A DNA stretch of 64,000 nucleotides, from assembly GCA_035084275.1 (NCBI GenBank), contig CM068757.1, positions 7,998,001 to 8,062,000 on the forward strand. Reading direction: 5' to 3'. The DNA comes from Hydrolagus colliei (lineage: Eukaryota). The notes below the pieces were generated by a model. It saw only the letters and a program-made list of their open reading frames with translations. It was not told where the DNA came from and made no database searches. The position numbers and the translations under genes were made by a program. Of the stretch, positions 49,819-62,715 are shown one piece after another; position 1 is the first letter of the stretch, and every line of letters starts with the position of its first letter.

Positions 49819-50739
49819 CTCGTTTTTGTTGATTCTGATGTTTTGTGTTTTTTGTTGAGTTATGTATATATATATTTAGCTTTGATTGACATTGTTACAA
49901 ACTGTGCCCTTTTGAATATGGACTTATAAGCAGTGTTTCATGCCTCAGGTTTTGACATTTTTCTGGAGGAATGAATGATTTCTTTAGCTGTTAAAAAAAG
50001 ATTGATCTGGACAATATCCACTTGGCCTCAAAAGATAAAGCACCCAGTTTTCTTCAATGATAAAGAAGTATTCAGCGTGCTGGCTTGCTAAAAACATCCA
50101 AATGCAAAGAGTTGCCAGAAATGCGGGAATCCTCCAAAATCCTCCCGAAGTGGAAGACTTGACCTTTTTTCCGTTCCTGACAACATCAATGTTACACAAA
50201 ATACACCAATGTGTTCCCGGTAATAGAGCTTTTGCTGCCCCGTTTAACCAATGGGTGACCCGCAAAGATGGCTAAGGCCAAGCAACTTTTAAGAAGCAGT
50301 TTGATCCAATAAGCGGAAGAGTATAGGGCTGCTATTTAAGGCAGATTATTTTCAGGATTGTTAAGACACTGAACGAGACGAGTTCTTCATAAATCCCTGG
50401 TCTTATGCTAATTCTCTCTCTGCCGGTTCAAACTTTACTGTAATACATATCAACCAATGTAGAGTACTTTACATTTATTAATGTATTATTTCCCAGCAGT
50501 CGGCTCAACGGTGTGATATGTCCACATCCTTCACTAACTATTGAGCAGCCTCTTTTCGCTCAGCTGATCTCCAAATTGATGGATCACCCATAAACCCAGA
50601 CGGTAATTAATGACTGGGACAGATTGCCAGGAAGGGTGGTTAAGACCAGGACACTGAGGCTGCGATGGGAAGACAAGGGTAGAGAGATAAGATCAAAAGG
50701 GCCAAAGGGCCTTCTTCATCCAAATCAACTGTGTGATCT

Positions 50740-51250
50740 TGTGAATTTAGCAATGTCAGACTTAGTGTTCATATTCAGGTCATTATAACAGAAACAATGA
50801 AACTTCACAAATGGATTATGGGATTCCATCAAGTGCCTCCCGCATTCTGATATTATGCAACTCACAAGTAATCTGCTTCCTTCTAACCAATCTACCCAGA
50901 CCCACGTTCTTCTCTGGATACCTGTGGCTTTCAATTCAATTAGGAGTCTTTCATGTGGGACTTTATCAAAAGCCTTCTGAAAGCCCAAGTAAACTACATG
51001 GAGCATAGCAAAGCACCGCATGAGATTTATTACCAGTTGTGGCATGTGATTGCTCAGTTATTCCATCTGAAACAGTTCTTCCATTTATGGCGGTCTGTGA
51101 TTTCCTGCGATGAGTTTAGTTTTATTCCTTTAGTTTGCTCCTTCTTTGTTCCTAAATTGTCTCCTTTTTTTGTGTATTCCCTCCGTCTGCTGCTTTGACA
51201 GATGGTTAGTCATTCTTTTTCAAATGTCTCCTTCGTACCATTCCTTCTGG
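50740..51250 (-). mobile_element. CR1 reverse transcriptase fragment (pseudogenised)
   Basis: VVYLGFQKAFDKVPHERLL matches the CR1 RT motif YLDFQKAFDKVPH. Confidence 0.85.
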
Positions 51251-51522
51251 TAAGGGCAGTTTCATAATCTGTACCATCTTTTTGTTTTACCGGGAAGATG
51301 AATCTTTGTAATATTTTGTCTCATTTATTGTGGTGGTATTAGTTCTGCTGACCTTTCTCCTCGCCGTGATGAAATTGTTTTTATTCTTTTCCGTGCCTCT
51401 GAGTTGTGAGTTTCCATAGAATGTTTCCATGGCCTGTCATTGTTTCTAACATCACTCTCAGCTCCCATTATATCTCTGTCAGCTCGCTTGCACATTGTTT
51501 TAACCCTTCGTGGTAAACATAT

Positions 51523-51970
51523 GGGGAGAAATTCCATCTATAAAATATTAAAGAAATTCCACCTCCAGTCTAGATTTACACTATCAGATTTACCTGATTT
51601 GGTAAGCCTGTTCTTAAACTGTTTCCACTTGTAGGTTAGTCCAAAATTAGAGGACATAAACACACGATATCCAGAGGTGGATCTAAGAGTGTTGGAGTAA
51701 CCTCTGCATGAAGAGTGTGATGAGTAACATTGAACTCAATACTCAAACCAGTGTGGTTAATGTATGCAGGGGAAATCTTGATGTGTGAATGAGAGGGAAG
51801 GAAATAAAGTGGTATAAGAGAGGGGAATGGGAGGGTGGGGGCTTGCGTGGGGTGTTAACACAAACATCAATTCAGAATTTAGCAAAATGTGGAATTCAGT
51901 TTTAACATTAAAGACTCAGAAATACAGCTTTAAAATTAAGGTTAGACGGCTCATTGGTAAATGTTATATC
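51523..51970. mobile_element. GGGGAGAAATTCC-family MITE apparently split by a CR1 3' fragment (about 51635-51870)
   Basis: agaaattccacctccagtctagattt matches 15221-15246; CR1-like segment aattagaggacataaa...gagagggaaggaaataaa; MITE-like sequence resumes at about 51875. Confidence 0.5.
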
Positions 51971-52044
51971 ACTGAAATACATACCTTGCTCCATATAATA
52001 TACATATATGTTTCCATATATATTCATATTTTTTTAAAATGAGG

Positions 52045-52211
52045 GTCATTCAATGCACAACTGTTTGTGGGACATGGTTGTAGGCAATTGACTGCCGCGT
52101 TTCACCCACAAATTGTGCAGTCAATTCATTCTACAGAATATTACGTGAAGCGCTTTGGGATGTCTCAAAGGTGTGATAAGGCGGTTATCAGATGCAAGGA
52201 TCATTATTATT
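52045..52211 (+). mobile_element. tRNA-derived SINE 3' half
   Basis: actgtttgtgggaca...tgccgcgtttcacccacaaa...gtgaagcgctttgggatgtc...atgcaaggatcattattatt. Confidence 0.88.
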
Positions 52212-52289
52212 CCAACACCATTCAAAAATATGGTGGGTTGATAAGACAAAAGCGTTATTGTTGTTCCTTATTTTGAGTATTGGGAAAAC

Positions 52290-52800
52290 AATTGACAACC
52301 TCCAGTTCTTTGGTACTAAAGCATAAAAAATATCAACTGGAGTATCGCTAATTTATTCATTCAATTCCTTAAGGATTCTAGCATGAATCCCATCTGGTCC
52401 AGATGCTTTGTAGACACTTAATCCTTCAAGTTGCTGCACAGCACAAGTGTTTACTAACTTCCACATATATTCTGGATAGCTGATCAACATTAACTGAATC
52501 TTCAATTTGTTTGTACTCTTACCCTGCGATGACAGGGTATGTGCATAGCTGCACATACCCTCTTCTGTGTCCTTGTTCAAATGGGCATAAGGCAAAGGAA
52601 CATGTTGATCATCTATAGTAAATCTACTCCAGTTGTCCGTAATTGTAGTGTTCTTCCCCCATTCCTTGACTCACATCCCCAGTCTTGCAAAGCTGAAAAA
52701 ACATTTAAGTATCTTGCTTGTCGTTTATCTCCAATCTGTCTCTTTGTTTCCTTTGCACTTTTAATGCTTTGGGTAGCAAACATCAGCTTCTATATAAATA
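52290..52800 (-). mobile_element. CR1 ORF2 fragment upstream of RT, decayed
   Basis: KASGPDGIHARILKEL matches the CR1 KSPGPDGIHPRVLKEL motif. Confidence 0.8.
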
Positions 52801-53294
52801 TCAATCCTGATTGTTCCAAAACAAGTCTGTATATGTTATTATATAACTCTGTTAGACAGAGTTGAGAGGTAGTGGGGGTGTGGGTGTGGGGGGGGGGGGC
52901 CTTACCTATTTGTCCTTTATTGTGACATATATAGCGCAAAATGAATTCTTATATTAAAATTTTGTCATTTTAATTTGTGTTGGTTGTTACAGACGGCACA
53001 AATTTTCCATTTAACTGTTGGCCGTACTTTTTATGGATAGTGGGAGTTCAATTAGCTGTTGATTTCAAGCTGGTCCAAAATGCAGGGTTACAGTGTTCCC
53101 TGGCAATTTATATGGAGAAAGGCTCTAATCTAGTCCACGAGCATACGTGAGTTGTATAAAAACTACATGTATGTAAATTCAGTTAAATCACATGACAAAA
53201 CATGCCTGTATAACTAGAAGAGAACGATTCTCCTACATAGCTGCACATACCCTCTTCTGTGTCCTTGTTCAAATGGGCATAAGGCAAAGGAACA
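52544..53294. repeat. Perfect 59-bp dispersed direct duplication
   Basis: catagctgcacataccctcttctgtgtccttgttcaaatgggcataaggcaaaggaaca at 52544-52602 and 53236-53294. Confidence 0.95.
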
Positions 53295-53380
53295 GTGTTC
53301 CTTTTTACACACACTGTGATAATTATGCATTCATATTTTTTAGTCAACTCTTGTGCTCATCAAGGCCAATGGCATGTTAT

Positions 53381-53682
53381 AATAATAGTATAATAATCCA
53401 TGCATTTGATATTGCACTTTTCACATCTTATTGACGTCTCAAAGCGCTTCACAGAATATATTGTAAAGTGAATATTTGTATATTTGTGGGTGAAATGTGG
53501 CAGCCAATTGTGCAACTGCAGTGTCCCATAAACAGTCATAGATTGAAATGACCAATTTTATTATTGTTTTTTCTTAATTATTTTTAGTAATTATTATTAT
53601 CACACCTGTGCGGAATAAGAAAACTTAACCCAGGTCTCCTGCTTGTGAGACGAGTGCTCTAACCACTGAGCTACAGAAGTCC
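53381..53682 (-). mobile_element. tRNA-derived SINE, near full length
   Basis: Tail taataatccatgcatttgatat through to head cgagtgctctaaccactgagctacag. Confidence 0.9.
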
Positions 53683-55869
53683 TACAACATCTTGGGTGTA
53701 GAGTTCTAGATGTTTCCCACTGGCCTTCGACACACCATATTTTTGTACATTTGATTGCTTTATTTATGGGGATATTTTCTCTAATAGTCCATTTTGGGGA
53801 GGGGACAGCCCATGTTCATTCTCATGGTGGGGAAATTTCTGTGCATTCCTGTGGATGAGTAATGTGCATTAAGGCCATGGTGTGTGAGACAGGAAGACTT
53901 TGAGTCCCAGAACTCTGGCAATCTGGAGCCTGATGCACAATACAATCATAGAAAGTTTACCCACTACGCTCAATACAGACTGATTACAACTGACACTGAT
54001 ATATAAAATGTGTCTAATAACACAAGCTTGGATAGAGTACAGAATAACTGAAGGCTGTCAATCAGTAAACCCTTGTGGAAATGAAATGAACCTATTAATC
54101 ACACCAGTCTGTCAAGCGGTACCCATTTAATACACTGTCTTGAATAGACACAGAACTAACCATTGCCTAAGAAAAATGCATCCTGTAAAGCAGGAACTCC
54201 TATCAGCTATTTCCCAATTAATAGTGTAAACTGTGCAGTGAAGTGTTTTTCAACCTCCCTATTACATATTCTTTTTGACAAAGTGTCTCCCTGCAGTAGC
54301 TGCCACAGAAGATACCAACTTGAGATTATGGTGGTCACAGGAGAAGTTGGTTAATAGTGTTGTGCTGTTAATGTTCCCCTGTGTCAAGGAGAGGCACCAT
54401 CAAACACACACTCTCTCCCCTCCATTTTCTCATGCTCTGGTTTCAGAGATCAAGGCTTGTTGGAGGGGAAAGCTCTTGTGTGTGAGGCTGCAGCTTATGC
54501 GATTTTTTTCCCCTAGATTTTCAAAGCCACCAAAAGAGATTAATCATGAGGGGAAAAGTAACTCTCTCCCTCCACCCAACCCACTCCATCAGCGCCGCCC
54601 CCCGCCCCCCCACCCTTTCCCTTGGCTGCAGGTTGCAATTTTGATTTTTATGGAATTAGCTTTTTGGAAACCACAAGGAAGCCCGAGGGCATGGACCTGA
54701 TATGAGAGGAATCTGAGAACAGTAGCAGAGGGGATTGATTAGCCTACTTCATATCCCACACTCCATAAGCACAATCCAACTGTAATATAACACACTGCTG
54801 GGCTGAACAGACAAGAGAAATTGGATTCGTTCCTAATATTTAACCTTCAAGTCAGCTCTAACAGCTGTTGATATGTTGTGATATTTTCTCAGGTAGTTGA
54901 TGCTCGGTCTCTGAAATGATTCTTTTTGGAACAAAACACAGTTACAAAGCGCATTAAAAATTATATCATCATCTTACCTTCTAAAAATAGCTGAGTAAAT
55001 TCAACCATCATTAAATGCTTAAGAAATCCTTCGCTGTTCATTTAGAAATCAAGTGCTTCTTTGAAGCAATTTCCTTTCTTTAATTACAATTTACTGTCTA
55101 GTTTGACATTTACAATGTAATCTTGAGGGGAATATTTCTGATTTATTATTCTTTGTTATGTCAGGATGTCAGTCTGCATAAATGAGTTTTTTAAAATAAC
55201 AGCACAAATTATTGTGGCCTTTGACCACCGGTGCTGCCTGATCATTTTTAGGCCTGTGAAGAATAAGATTTTTGACAACTTGTCGAAATAAAACTCTAGG
55301 TGGTCGACGCATAACGTGTCTCTATTTTTTGCATTTATTGTTTTTACCAAAACGAGCACGGATGTTTAGATGCTCGCATGGGCCAAATCTGCAATTGGCA
55401 GACTGTAGCCATTATCAAATCCATGATGTTCATTGGTACATGAAAGGAGAGAGGGTTAGCAAGGAGTAGCAAGGGTGGGATTTAACAAGGACATTTTCTG
55501 ATGCCCTAAATCATGACAATGAAACTCAAATGGGATTTTAATGTCGTCTCAAGCCTCAAACGGGAGTGAAATTAGTTTTTTTTAAAACATGATATATTCT
55601 TTGCTATTCATAACTTTATGTAATAATGTAATGATATGAATATTTTAGTGAGTGGTAAACAAGGCCAATAACAATTCAATTATATACTATAAAACAATTT
55701 GAGTTGAAGATCGGGAAAGGCTACTGTGGTGGTATCGCTATAAAGACTAATCATTATAACATGACTCACAATGAGGCATGATTTTGTAGTTAGGAAGCAG
55801 TAGTAATACAGATATTGAGACCACCATCTAGGTTTCTCTTTTCCCCCTAAGCAGAGGGTTATTAGAACG

Positions 55870-56080
55870 AAGAACACTTTCTCACAAGTGGCTGTGGAAG
55901 CCAAGACCACAGCATTTAGACGGGAATTGGATTTGAAGAGGAACAATGTACTGTAAAAGGCTACTGAAAAACAGATGGCAATTGGAATGGGTACAGAATG
56001 GCTCCAGTGAAGGAGTGAGTGCCAGCATAGCTTCAGTTAACTGGATGGCCTCATTCTGTGCAGCCATTTGCATTACTATA
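55870..56080 (+). mobile_element. CR1 3' fragment
   Basis: gctgtggaagccaagaccacagcatttagacgggaattggatttg (cf. VVEA...FKRELDL) ... ggatggcctcattctgtgc. Confidence 0.7.
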
Positions 56081-56379
56081 TTTGTATGACCAGGGTACTC
56101 AATTCCCCAGGCAAGTGAAGTCAGAATTATCAGTGGAAAGAATTATATTTCCACAGCCATGACATTAGAAGGACACACCAACATCATAAAGGCCTTTTAA
56201 TAATGTTCTTGGGCATAAACACTGGGAAAACATTCCTTGAAATCAATGTTCACGTTACAAGCCGGTTGCGGAAGAGAACTGTACGGCAGAAAGTTTCTTA
56301 GTAAAACACCAACAACAAAATTACATTTATAGAGGAGGACATCCCAAGGTGCTAGAAAGATGACAGTCAGGTTTTCATT

Positions 56380-56692
56380 ACATCTGAAAGCACTTCACAG
56401 AATATATTGTAAAGCAATATATTGAACATATTGTAAAGTGAATTGACTGTATATCTTGTGGGTGAAGCGCGGTGACCAATTGCGCACAGCAGCGTTCCAC
56501 AAACAGTCGTGGATTGCATGACCAATTTTTAAAAATTAATTATTACTTCCAGTAAAGCAATTTCTACTTACTTCTAGGTAAACAGAGGCGTCTGGAGTAA
56601 GGAAACTTGCCCGATGTTTCGCCCTACCGGAAATCAAACCTAGGTCTCTCGCTTGACTGGCTAGTGCTCCAAACACTGAGCTACAGGACTCC
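56380..56692 (-). mobile_element. tRNA-derived SINE, long variant
   Basis: Minus strand ggagtcctgtagctcagtg...gggcaagtttccttactccagacgcctctgtttacctagaagtaagtag. Confidence 0.88.
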
Positions 56693-57097
56693 ACTAAGGT
56701 GAGCTAGAGAGAGCAGTGATCTGTCTGAAACTGTTACCGAATACTATGTCAATAAGTGTAAGAAATAGAATACGGCATGGCCAGCCACGACACATCCTCT
56801 GTGTAATTAAAGTTTAAAGGTGCAGCATAATTCCCTTTTCACACATTCCTGAAAAACATGTGACAGTATTATTCTGCAGTGATATAATCCACATTGCCTC
56901 TCAATGTTTTGTTCATTTCACTCACTTTTCTCACTCTTAGCATTGTTATTGTTCCAAAGCGACTCTAGAATTAAGCACTATTCATGGCAAAGACTATCAT
57001 GCCACTGCCCAATGATACCCCTAATTTACTTAATCTCCCACTTGCGGGTTATTTAGTTACTGGAGCCTTCATTGTAAATAGATAGTAACATAATGAA

Positions 57098-57395
57098 AAT
57101 AGTAATAATCCTTGCATTTGCTATACTGCTTTATCACATCTCAAAGCGCAACACAGGGTATACTGTAAAGTCGATTGACTTTGAATATTGTGGGCGAAAT
57201 CCAGTAGCTAATTGCGTACAGCAATGTATAGTACCACAAATTACCAATTTTATCTGGGTGATTGTTGGTCAGGACACCAAGAGAAACTCTGTTCTATTTT
57301 CGAATAGTGCAATGAGTTCTTTAACATCCACCCAGACAGGTGGATGGGACCTCGGTTTAATGTCTCATCCGAAGAATTTATTGTCACTGACATTG
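57098..57395 (-). mobile_element. DeuSINE-like SINE 3' two-thirds
   Basis: Tail aataatccttgcatttg plus Deu-like core ggacaccaagagaaactc...ctttaacatccacc...ctcggtttaatgtctcatccgaa. Confidence 0.8.
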
Positions 57396-57764
57396 TAATT
57401 CTAGAAGTACATTTTGGGTTAGACTTTGTGGATATAGGCTGCTCATAATCAGAAATGCTAATAAAGTTTACTTATTAAATAGATTTATATATCACCTCGA
57501 GATCTGTTCCATAAAGGTTGATGACATAGATTGTGGTGGCTTTTATAAAAATCTGATTGAAATATGGTTTTTATTTTCATGAGTAAGTTATAGGTAACCT
57601 CATAAAATAGAAATGAAATTGTATTTCAAAGACAGCCACTGAGTAATCTGTTTCTATCACTGCGTTCGCTTCAAAGAGTGACCTTACAGAGCCATAGAGA
57701 GGAAGGATGAGATTTGCAACTGCACTTCCCCCACAGGGTGAGTTCTTGATCTCGGTCCATTTGT

Positions 57765-58090
57765 TAATAATAATCCTTAATCCTTTCATTTGATACAGTG
57801 CCTCTCACATCATCGAGATGTCTCAAAGTGCTTCACAGGAAACACTGTAAAGACTGTGTATTTATTTTGTGAGCGAAACGTGGCAGCCAGTTGCGTACAG
57901 CAATGTCCCAAAAACAGCCATCGAGTGAGTGACAAACTTCATTTAGTCGATTGTTGGCCCGGACACTGGAAGAGAGAAACTCCCATCTATTTTTGAAAAG
58001 AGCTACGGGATCATTAATGTTCACCTGAGTAGGCAGGCGGGACCTCTGTTTTAAGATCTTATTCAAAGGACATCACCTCTGACAATGCAA
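57765..58090 (-). mobile_element. DeuSINE-like SINE 3' two-thirds
   Basis: Colinear with 57098-57395: ggacactgg...gggatcattaatgttcacctgag...catcacctctgacaatgca. Confidence 0.8.
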
Positions 58091-58917
58091 CACATGCCTA
58101 GTTCTCTGTTTGAGTGTCATCTTACTTAGACTGTTATTTCGAGTTCTGACATGAGGCTTGAAGGCTACAGTGAGACTACACTGCGCCAAGCAGCCATGCA
58201 GAGTCACACAATGAGTAATCCCATCAGATCGTGCCCTTCCAGATTGGCCCTGACAGAGGTGAGTGGAACCTCTGTACACTCTCCCTCCTTGTTAAATGGC
58301 ACCTAACAGAAGGTGAGAAAAGTCAAATGAACATGCAATATCTGGATTAATATGAATGTGTATATTTTTGCAGGGTTGATTTTAATTTCTATTCAAAAAA
58401 ACGCCGCTAAGCTTTCTGGTGATACCAGTGAGTTATATAACTGAGTATCATTTTATTTTAGCACTTTGGAGGCCACCCAAGTGTTGTTTCCAACAGAAAT
58501 GAACAATTCTGCAGCCAAGGTGTCACCTCAACGGGTAACCTTTGCACAAGACGACCGTAAAGCTGCGAGTCTAAAATCATGTAATTAAAAAAAACAGGTC
58601 CACTATTCATTTTACAACACATGAGACGGCTTGAAATTCACACTGGAGGGAAGCCAGTGAATTAAAGAACCGAACAAAGAGGAACCCTTTTTGGGTGGGA
58701 TCAGTAGGACAATGTTAGATGCTCTTTTCACAGTGAGCTTTCTCATTGCTAGCGGGCGCACGTTTTATTTATTACGAGCAGCCACAAAATGTATATATGA
58801 GTGAGACAGGCACTGCCATTTTATAACATTCACACCCGTGGAATTTCCTTCATGTTACAATACCTTGTAACTGATAAGTCACATCTCAACATGCTTCACA
58901 TGATAATACTGTAGTAG

Positions 58918-59236
58918 TAATAATAATAATCCTTGCATTTGATATAGTGCTTTTCACGTCTTTCAGACATCTTAAAGCGCTTCACAGAATATACTGTAAG
59001 GTGAATTGACTGTGTATTTGTGGGCGAAACGCAGCAGCCAATTGCGCACAGCAGTGACCCACAAACAGTGGTGGATTGAAATGACCAATTTTACTATTGT
59101 TTTTTTTTTGGAGGGATTATTATTAAGCATGTGCAGTAAGGAAACTTGCACAGGGTTTTTCCCTGATCTGCCTGGATTCGAACACAGGTCTCGCACTTGT
59201 AAGGTGAATGCTCTAACCACTGAGCTACAGGATTCC
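58918..59236 (-). mobile_element. tRNA-derived SINE, full length
   Basis: (aat)n ccttgcatttgatatagtgc ... ggattcgaac (B box) ... tgctctaaccactgagctacagg (A box). Confidence 0.93.
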
Positions 59237-59949
59237 ATGATATGCTGTGAAGTGCAGTGACTGTGTATTTTATGCGTGACTGTTTCCTGGCTGCACAAGA
59301 GGGATACAGGTGAAAGCACATTCAGCCCCTCAAGCCTTTTCTGCCATTTTATTACATCATCACTGACCTGTACCTCAACTCCAATTTTTCTCTCAAAAAA
59401 ACTACTGTGGAATCTATGGCACTGTGCAGCCTGGCTATCATCTAGTTTGAGTTTAACACTCAGTCAAAGTTAGAATGAGGCAGACACCCCTGAAACCTAT
59501 GACTTGACTTAACGGTTTAACTTTAATACACTTGCCCGGCACCGCTTTAAATCCAAGCAGGCCTTCTTTTCTTTTCAAAATAAATTTCCAATCAGCCCTG
59601 TTTATGGTTGAACTTTGTGTGACCCTCAGATTAGCTTGCATTAATTTGACTGACTGCTCATTAGGCTAATAAGGACCTCAGCGTTGGAACTGGGGAGACT
59701 GGAATGAAAAAAAATGAGCACATCTGTTGTGGCCGTGTACGTGGGTGCTCATCTGCGTGACATCATCTGCGCGCCTCCGACATGTGCTGGAACTGTCCAC
59801 AATCTTCCTGCCTCGAAAATAAATGCAGGTGAGATTGGCCACATTCCTGGTAAATGCTTTTGCTGCCCTGATTTGGTTTTATTCCATTGTTTCATGGAAA
59901 GTCAGGTTTTGTGTGTTTTAAAAAAAAACAGTGCTTGCGGTTAGCTGCG

Positions 59950-60135
59950 ACTGAAGCAAAATAGCATCAATATATTTCAGAGAAAACTTGTTGCATACCT
60001 GATGGGGAGGGAATAGAGGGGTGTTGGAGAGAGGATTGGGATAGGTGGAGGGTCATGTGGAGTATAAACACTGGCACAGACTTGTTGGGCCGAATATACT
60101 GTTTCTGTGCCATATTAATTTCCGGGTAACTCTAT
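59950..60135 (+). mobile_element. CR1 3' UTR fragment
   Basis: Homologous to 24935-25075; ends gttgggccgaat...ctgtttctgtgc...actctata. Confidence 0.75.
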
Positions 60136-60499
60136 AGAACAATTGATATGCTGAGGTGATGACCTTCATTGGGTTAGAATGCTACTTACCTGCCAACATA
60201 ATGAAAATCTGGGAGTGAGCAACAGGCCAGCAATTTAATTGAGGTGCCCAGGTGATGTCACAAAGTCGGAGGCTCTTTATCGAGACATCAGCTGGACCCT
60301 GAGCTAAAATTACTGCCTTGTGCTCACTCTCTATCAAATTTTATTTCACTATCAAAAAAGAATACTCTAGCCCCCCAACATTTGGAAATCTCCTGTGTTG
60401 TATTGATGGTGTTGCCAGTCCTGTATGTGTATCTTTATTGTGGATGTCTGTACTCTGTGAGATTGCCGTGTAAATATTGGCATTTTTAGTGGTTGGAAT

Positions 60500-60725
60500 A
60501 AAAGAATTTTACAGCACAGGAGAACACCACTTGACCAATCATTTCTGTGCCGCCAGCTCTCTAGTGAGAGCTTTCCATTTAGTCCCGCTCCCCTGGCTCA
60601 TTTTCGTACCGTTTTATGTGTTTCCTTTTCAAATATTTGTCTAATTCGCATTTAAAAGCTATTATAGATTTCTGCACTATGGGAGTTTGTAGTGTTGAGG
60701 AGTAGCTATGCTGAGTGTTCCACCA
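60500..60725 (-). mobile_element. CR1 3' fragment
   Basis: Minus translation SIIAFKCELDKYLKRKHIKRY matches the CR1 ORF2 end SITTFKRELDLYL. Confidence 0.8.
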
Positions 60726-61124
60726 CACAGTGGAAATACTGTATGTACTATAGAAGTGTTTACTGTAGAGCGTGTCAGAGCCAATGCTGTGTGAGCCTGG
60801 AGTTTCTCGTGACTGCGCCACAGGAGTCTGTAACAGCTATTTTGTGAGATTTATACTGTTGGCTTTTGTTTGGATGGATACACAGTAGTATAAGGGTTTG
60901 AAGGTCTGGTGCTGTATTAATGTGTACTGTGTGAGTTTGCAGATGGAGAAATAATGTGAAGGACAAGTGGGTTTGGAAAGTAAGGCGATTGTAGCAGAGC
61001 ACAGGAAACATTATTCATTGGGTGTGGGATTTGTGCTTCGTATTTCCTTGTCTCTGGCTTTGTCTGCAATTAATGTTACGTAACCCATTGAGTATCAGGA
61101 AACCAATGAGTCTCTCTGAATTAT

Positions 61125-61330
61125 TCTCTCCCACCCCACTCCCTCCCAACCCCAATCCCATCCCATCCCTCCCATCTGCTCAATGAGGCAGTAATGCTCT
61201 GAGACGCCGTCCGGCATGGAGGGCGCTATATAAATCAAAGTTGTTGTTGTTGTTGTAACCTGCCATGTCTTTGAATGAAAACCCACTCCTGGGAGAGGGC
61301 GCTATATAGATACAAGTTCTTGTTGCTGTT
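61125..61330 (+). mobile_element. L2 3' UTR/tail plus a second terminal remnant
   Basis: gctctgagacgccgtccggcatggagggcgctatataaatcaaagttgttgttg; second agggcgctatatagatacaagtt at about 61296. Confidence 0.85.
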
Positions 61331-62533
61331 GAGACTCTGAAATACTTCAGACCTGATTTTTCTGTGAAAAGCATAGGGAGGAAATTAATAGGAAGTGAAG
61401 ACTATCCTAACTTTTCTTGGGCTAATCTTTCACTGTGTTAGTCGTGTGGCTTCCAAGTTTGGACAATACTGTTACAATACAGTTTACATTCATATAGCAC
61501 CTTTCACGTTGAGAGGACATGAATAGCCTCAGTTTCCAATAAACTTCCCTGCATCTTTTAGGGAGCGATTGAGGGCAGGATTATTTCCTTCTCCAGCTTC
61601 CAAAGAGGTGATTAGGCAGGCGAGAGGATTCAGAAAGAGAATGAGCAAATGGGAATAAAATGGCTTTGAGCACACCACATGGTCACAAATATTATCTGGG
61701 TGCCCAAGGCTTGCAGGAGACTAGAAATTGGGTTCAATGCCAACCTCATTTACCTAATCATAAGCAAGTAAGTTCAAATGGAAAGCAGCCCTGGCAATCC
61801 AATTGATGAGCTTCTGTTTGGTGTGAAAGATCCAATACCCTCCATTCCCTCATATAAACTATCCACATCTATCTGACTCATCCATCCACAAGCTTACACT
61901 GATGATACCACAGTGATTATGAGTTAGCTGGACTGATATTTGTTTCAGATGCAGTTGAAAGCATCTTCAGATGATTGAGAAGCCTCTTCCGCATTGGGCT
62001 GTGTTACGCACAAAAGGAATTCGGGCGAAGGTTGCATCTGAATCTGCACCAAATTGGGCAGGATTTCTGCACAGCGCAAACAAGATATATTTTATCCTTG
62101 ATAAGTGACAATTAACTCTGGCACATGCCCCGATACATGAGGCTGAACAGATCAACTGCGGTAGATGGGTGGGAAGTAGGTCAATCAACTGGATCAGAAA
62201 TTATAACGGGGTAAAACAGCAGACAGATTGAAGAAGGTGCCAGGCAGTTGAAGGTATGCAGATGGATCATTGGACTGTAGTAGGTAAAAGTGAGCAGGCA
62301 GTCAGACGGAACAATGCAGAAGATAATTGAGCAAGGTAATCAAATGTAAATGTGTGAAGTAATTGAGAACAACCAGATTGACTGAAGGAAATAGACCATT
62401 GGGTCATTCTTTAATCATCTGCCTACTCTTGATTCCAGAGAAAACCATGTCCAGTCAGCTATTATTGCTTCATTCAACGCTCTGATGGCTCCAGTCTTAT
62501 TGCTGCTGAATTTCCCCCAAATAATATAGTCTG

Positions 62534-62715
62534 TCTGTGAAGCGTTTTGATACTTCTCAATGACGTGACAATAATAATAATAATCTTTGCATTTGGTGCA
62601 CCATCTTATCACATCTTCAAGATGTCTCAAAGCGCTTCGTAGAATATACTGCAAGGTGAGTTCACTATATTTTGTGGCGAAACACACCATATCGAATGCA
62701 ATAATTATTATTATT
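62534..62715. mobile_element. Minus-strand SINE tail nested within a plus-strand SINE tail
   Basis: Plus tctgtgaagcgttttga...gacgtgac, then minus copy 62570-62685, then plus atatcgaatgcaataattattattatt. Confidence 0.65.

Noticed and set aside
52544-53294. LTR pair of a tiny retroelement (TRIM)
   Set aside because: The repeats do not begin with TG, I see no PBS or TSD, and the interior is partly CR1-derived.
54972-54995. Minus-strand 3-nt AAG microexon or recursive splice site (tttttag AAG gtaaga)
   Set aside because: Short pyrimidine tract with a competing upstream AG; expected by chance at this window size.
60190-60298. Minus-strand 109-nt exon with CAG|gtaagt donor
   Set aside because: One frame is open, but the peptide is unrecognisable, the acceptor is weak and no partner exons were found.
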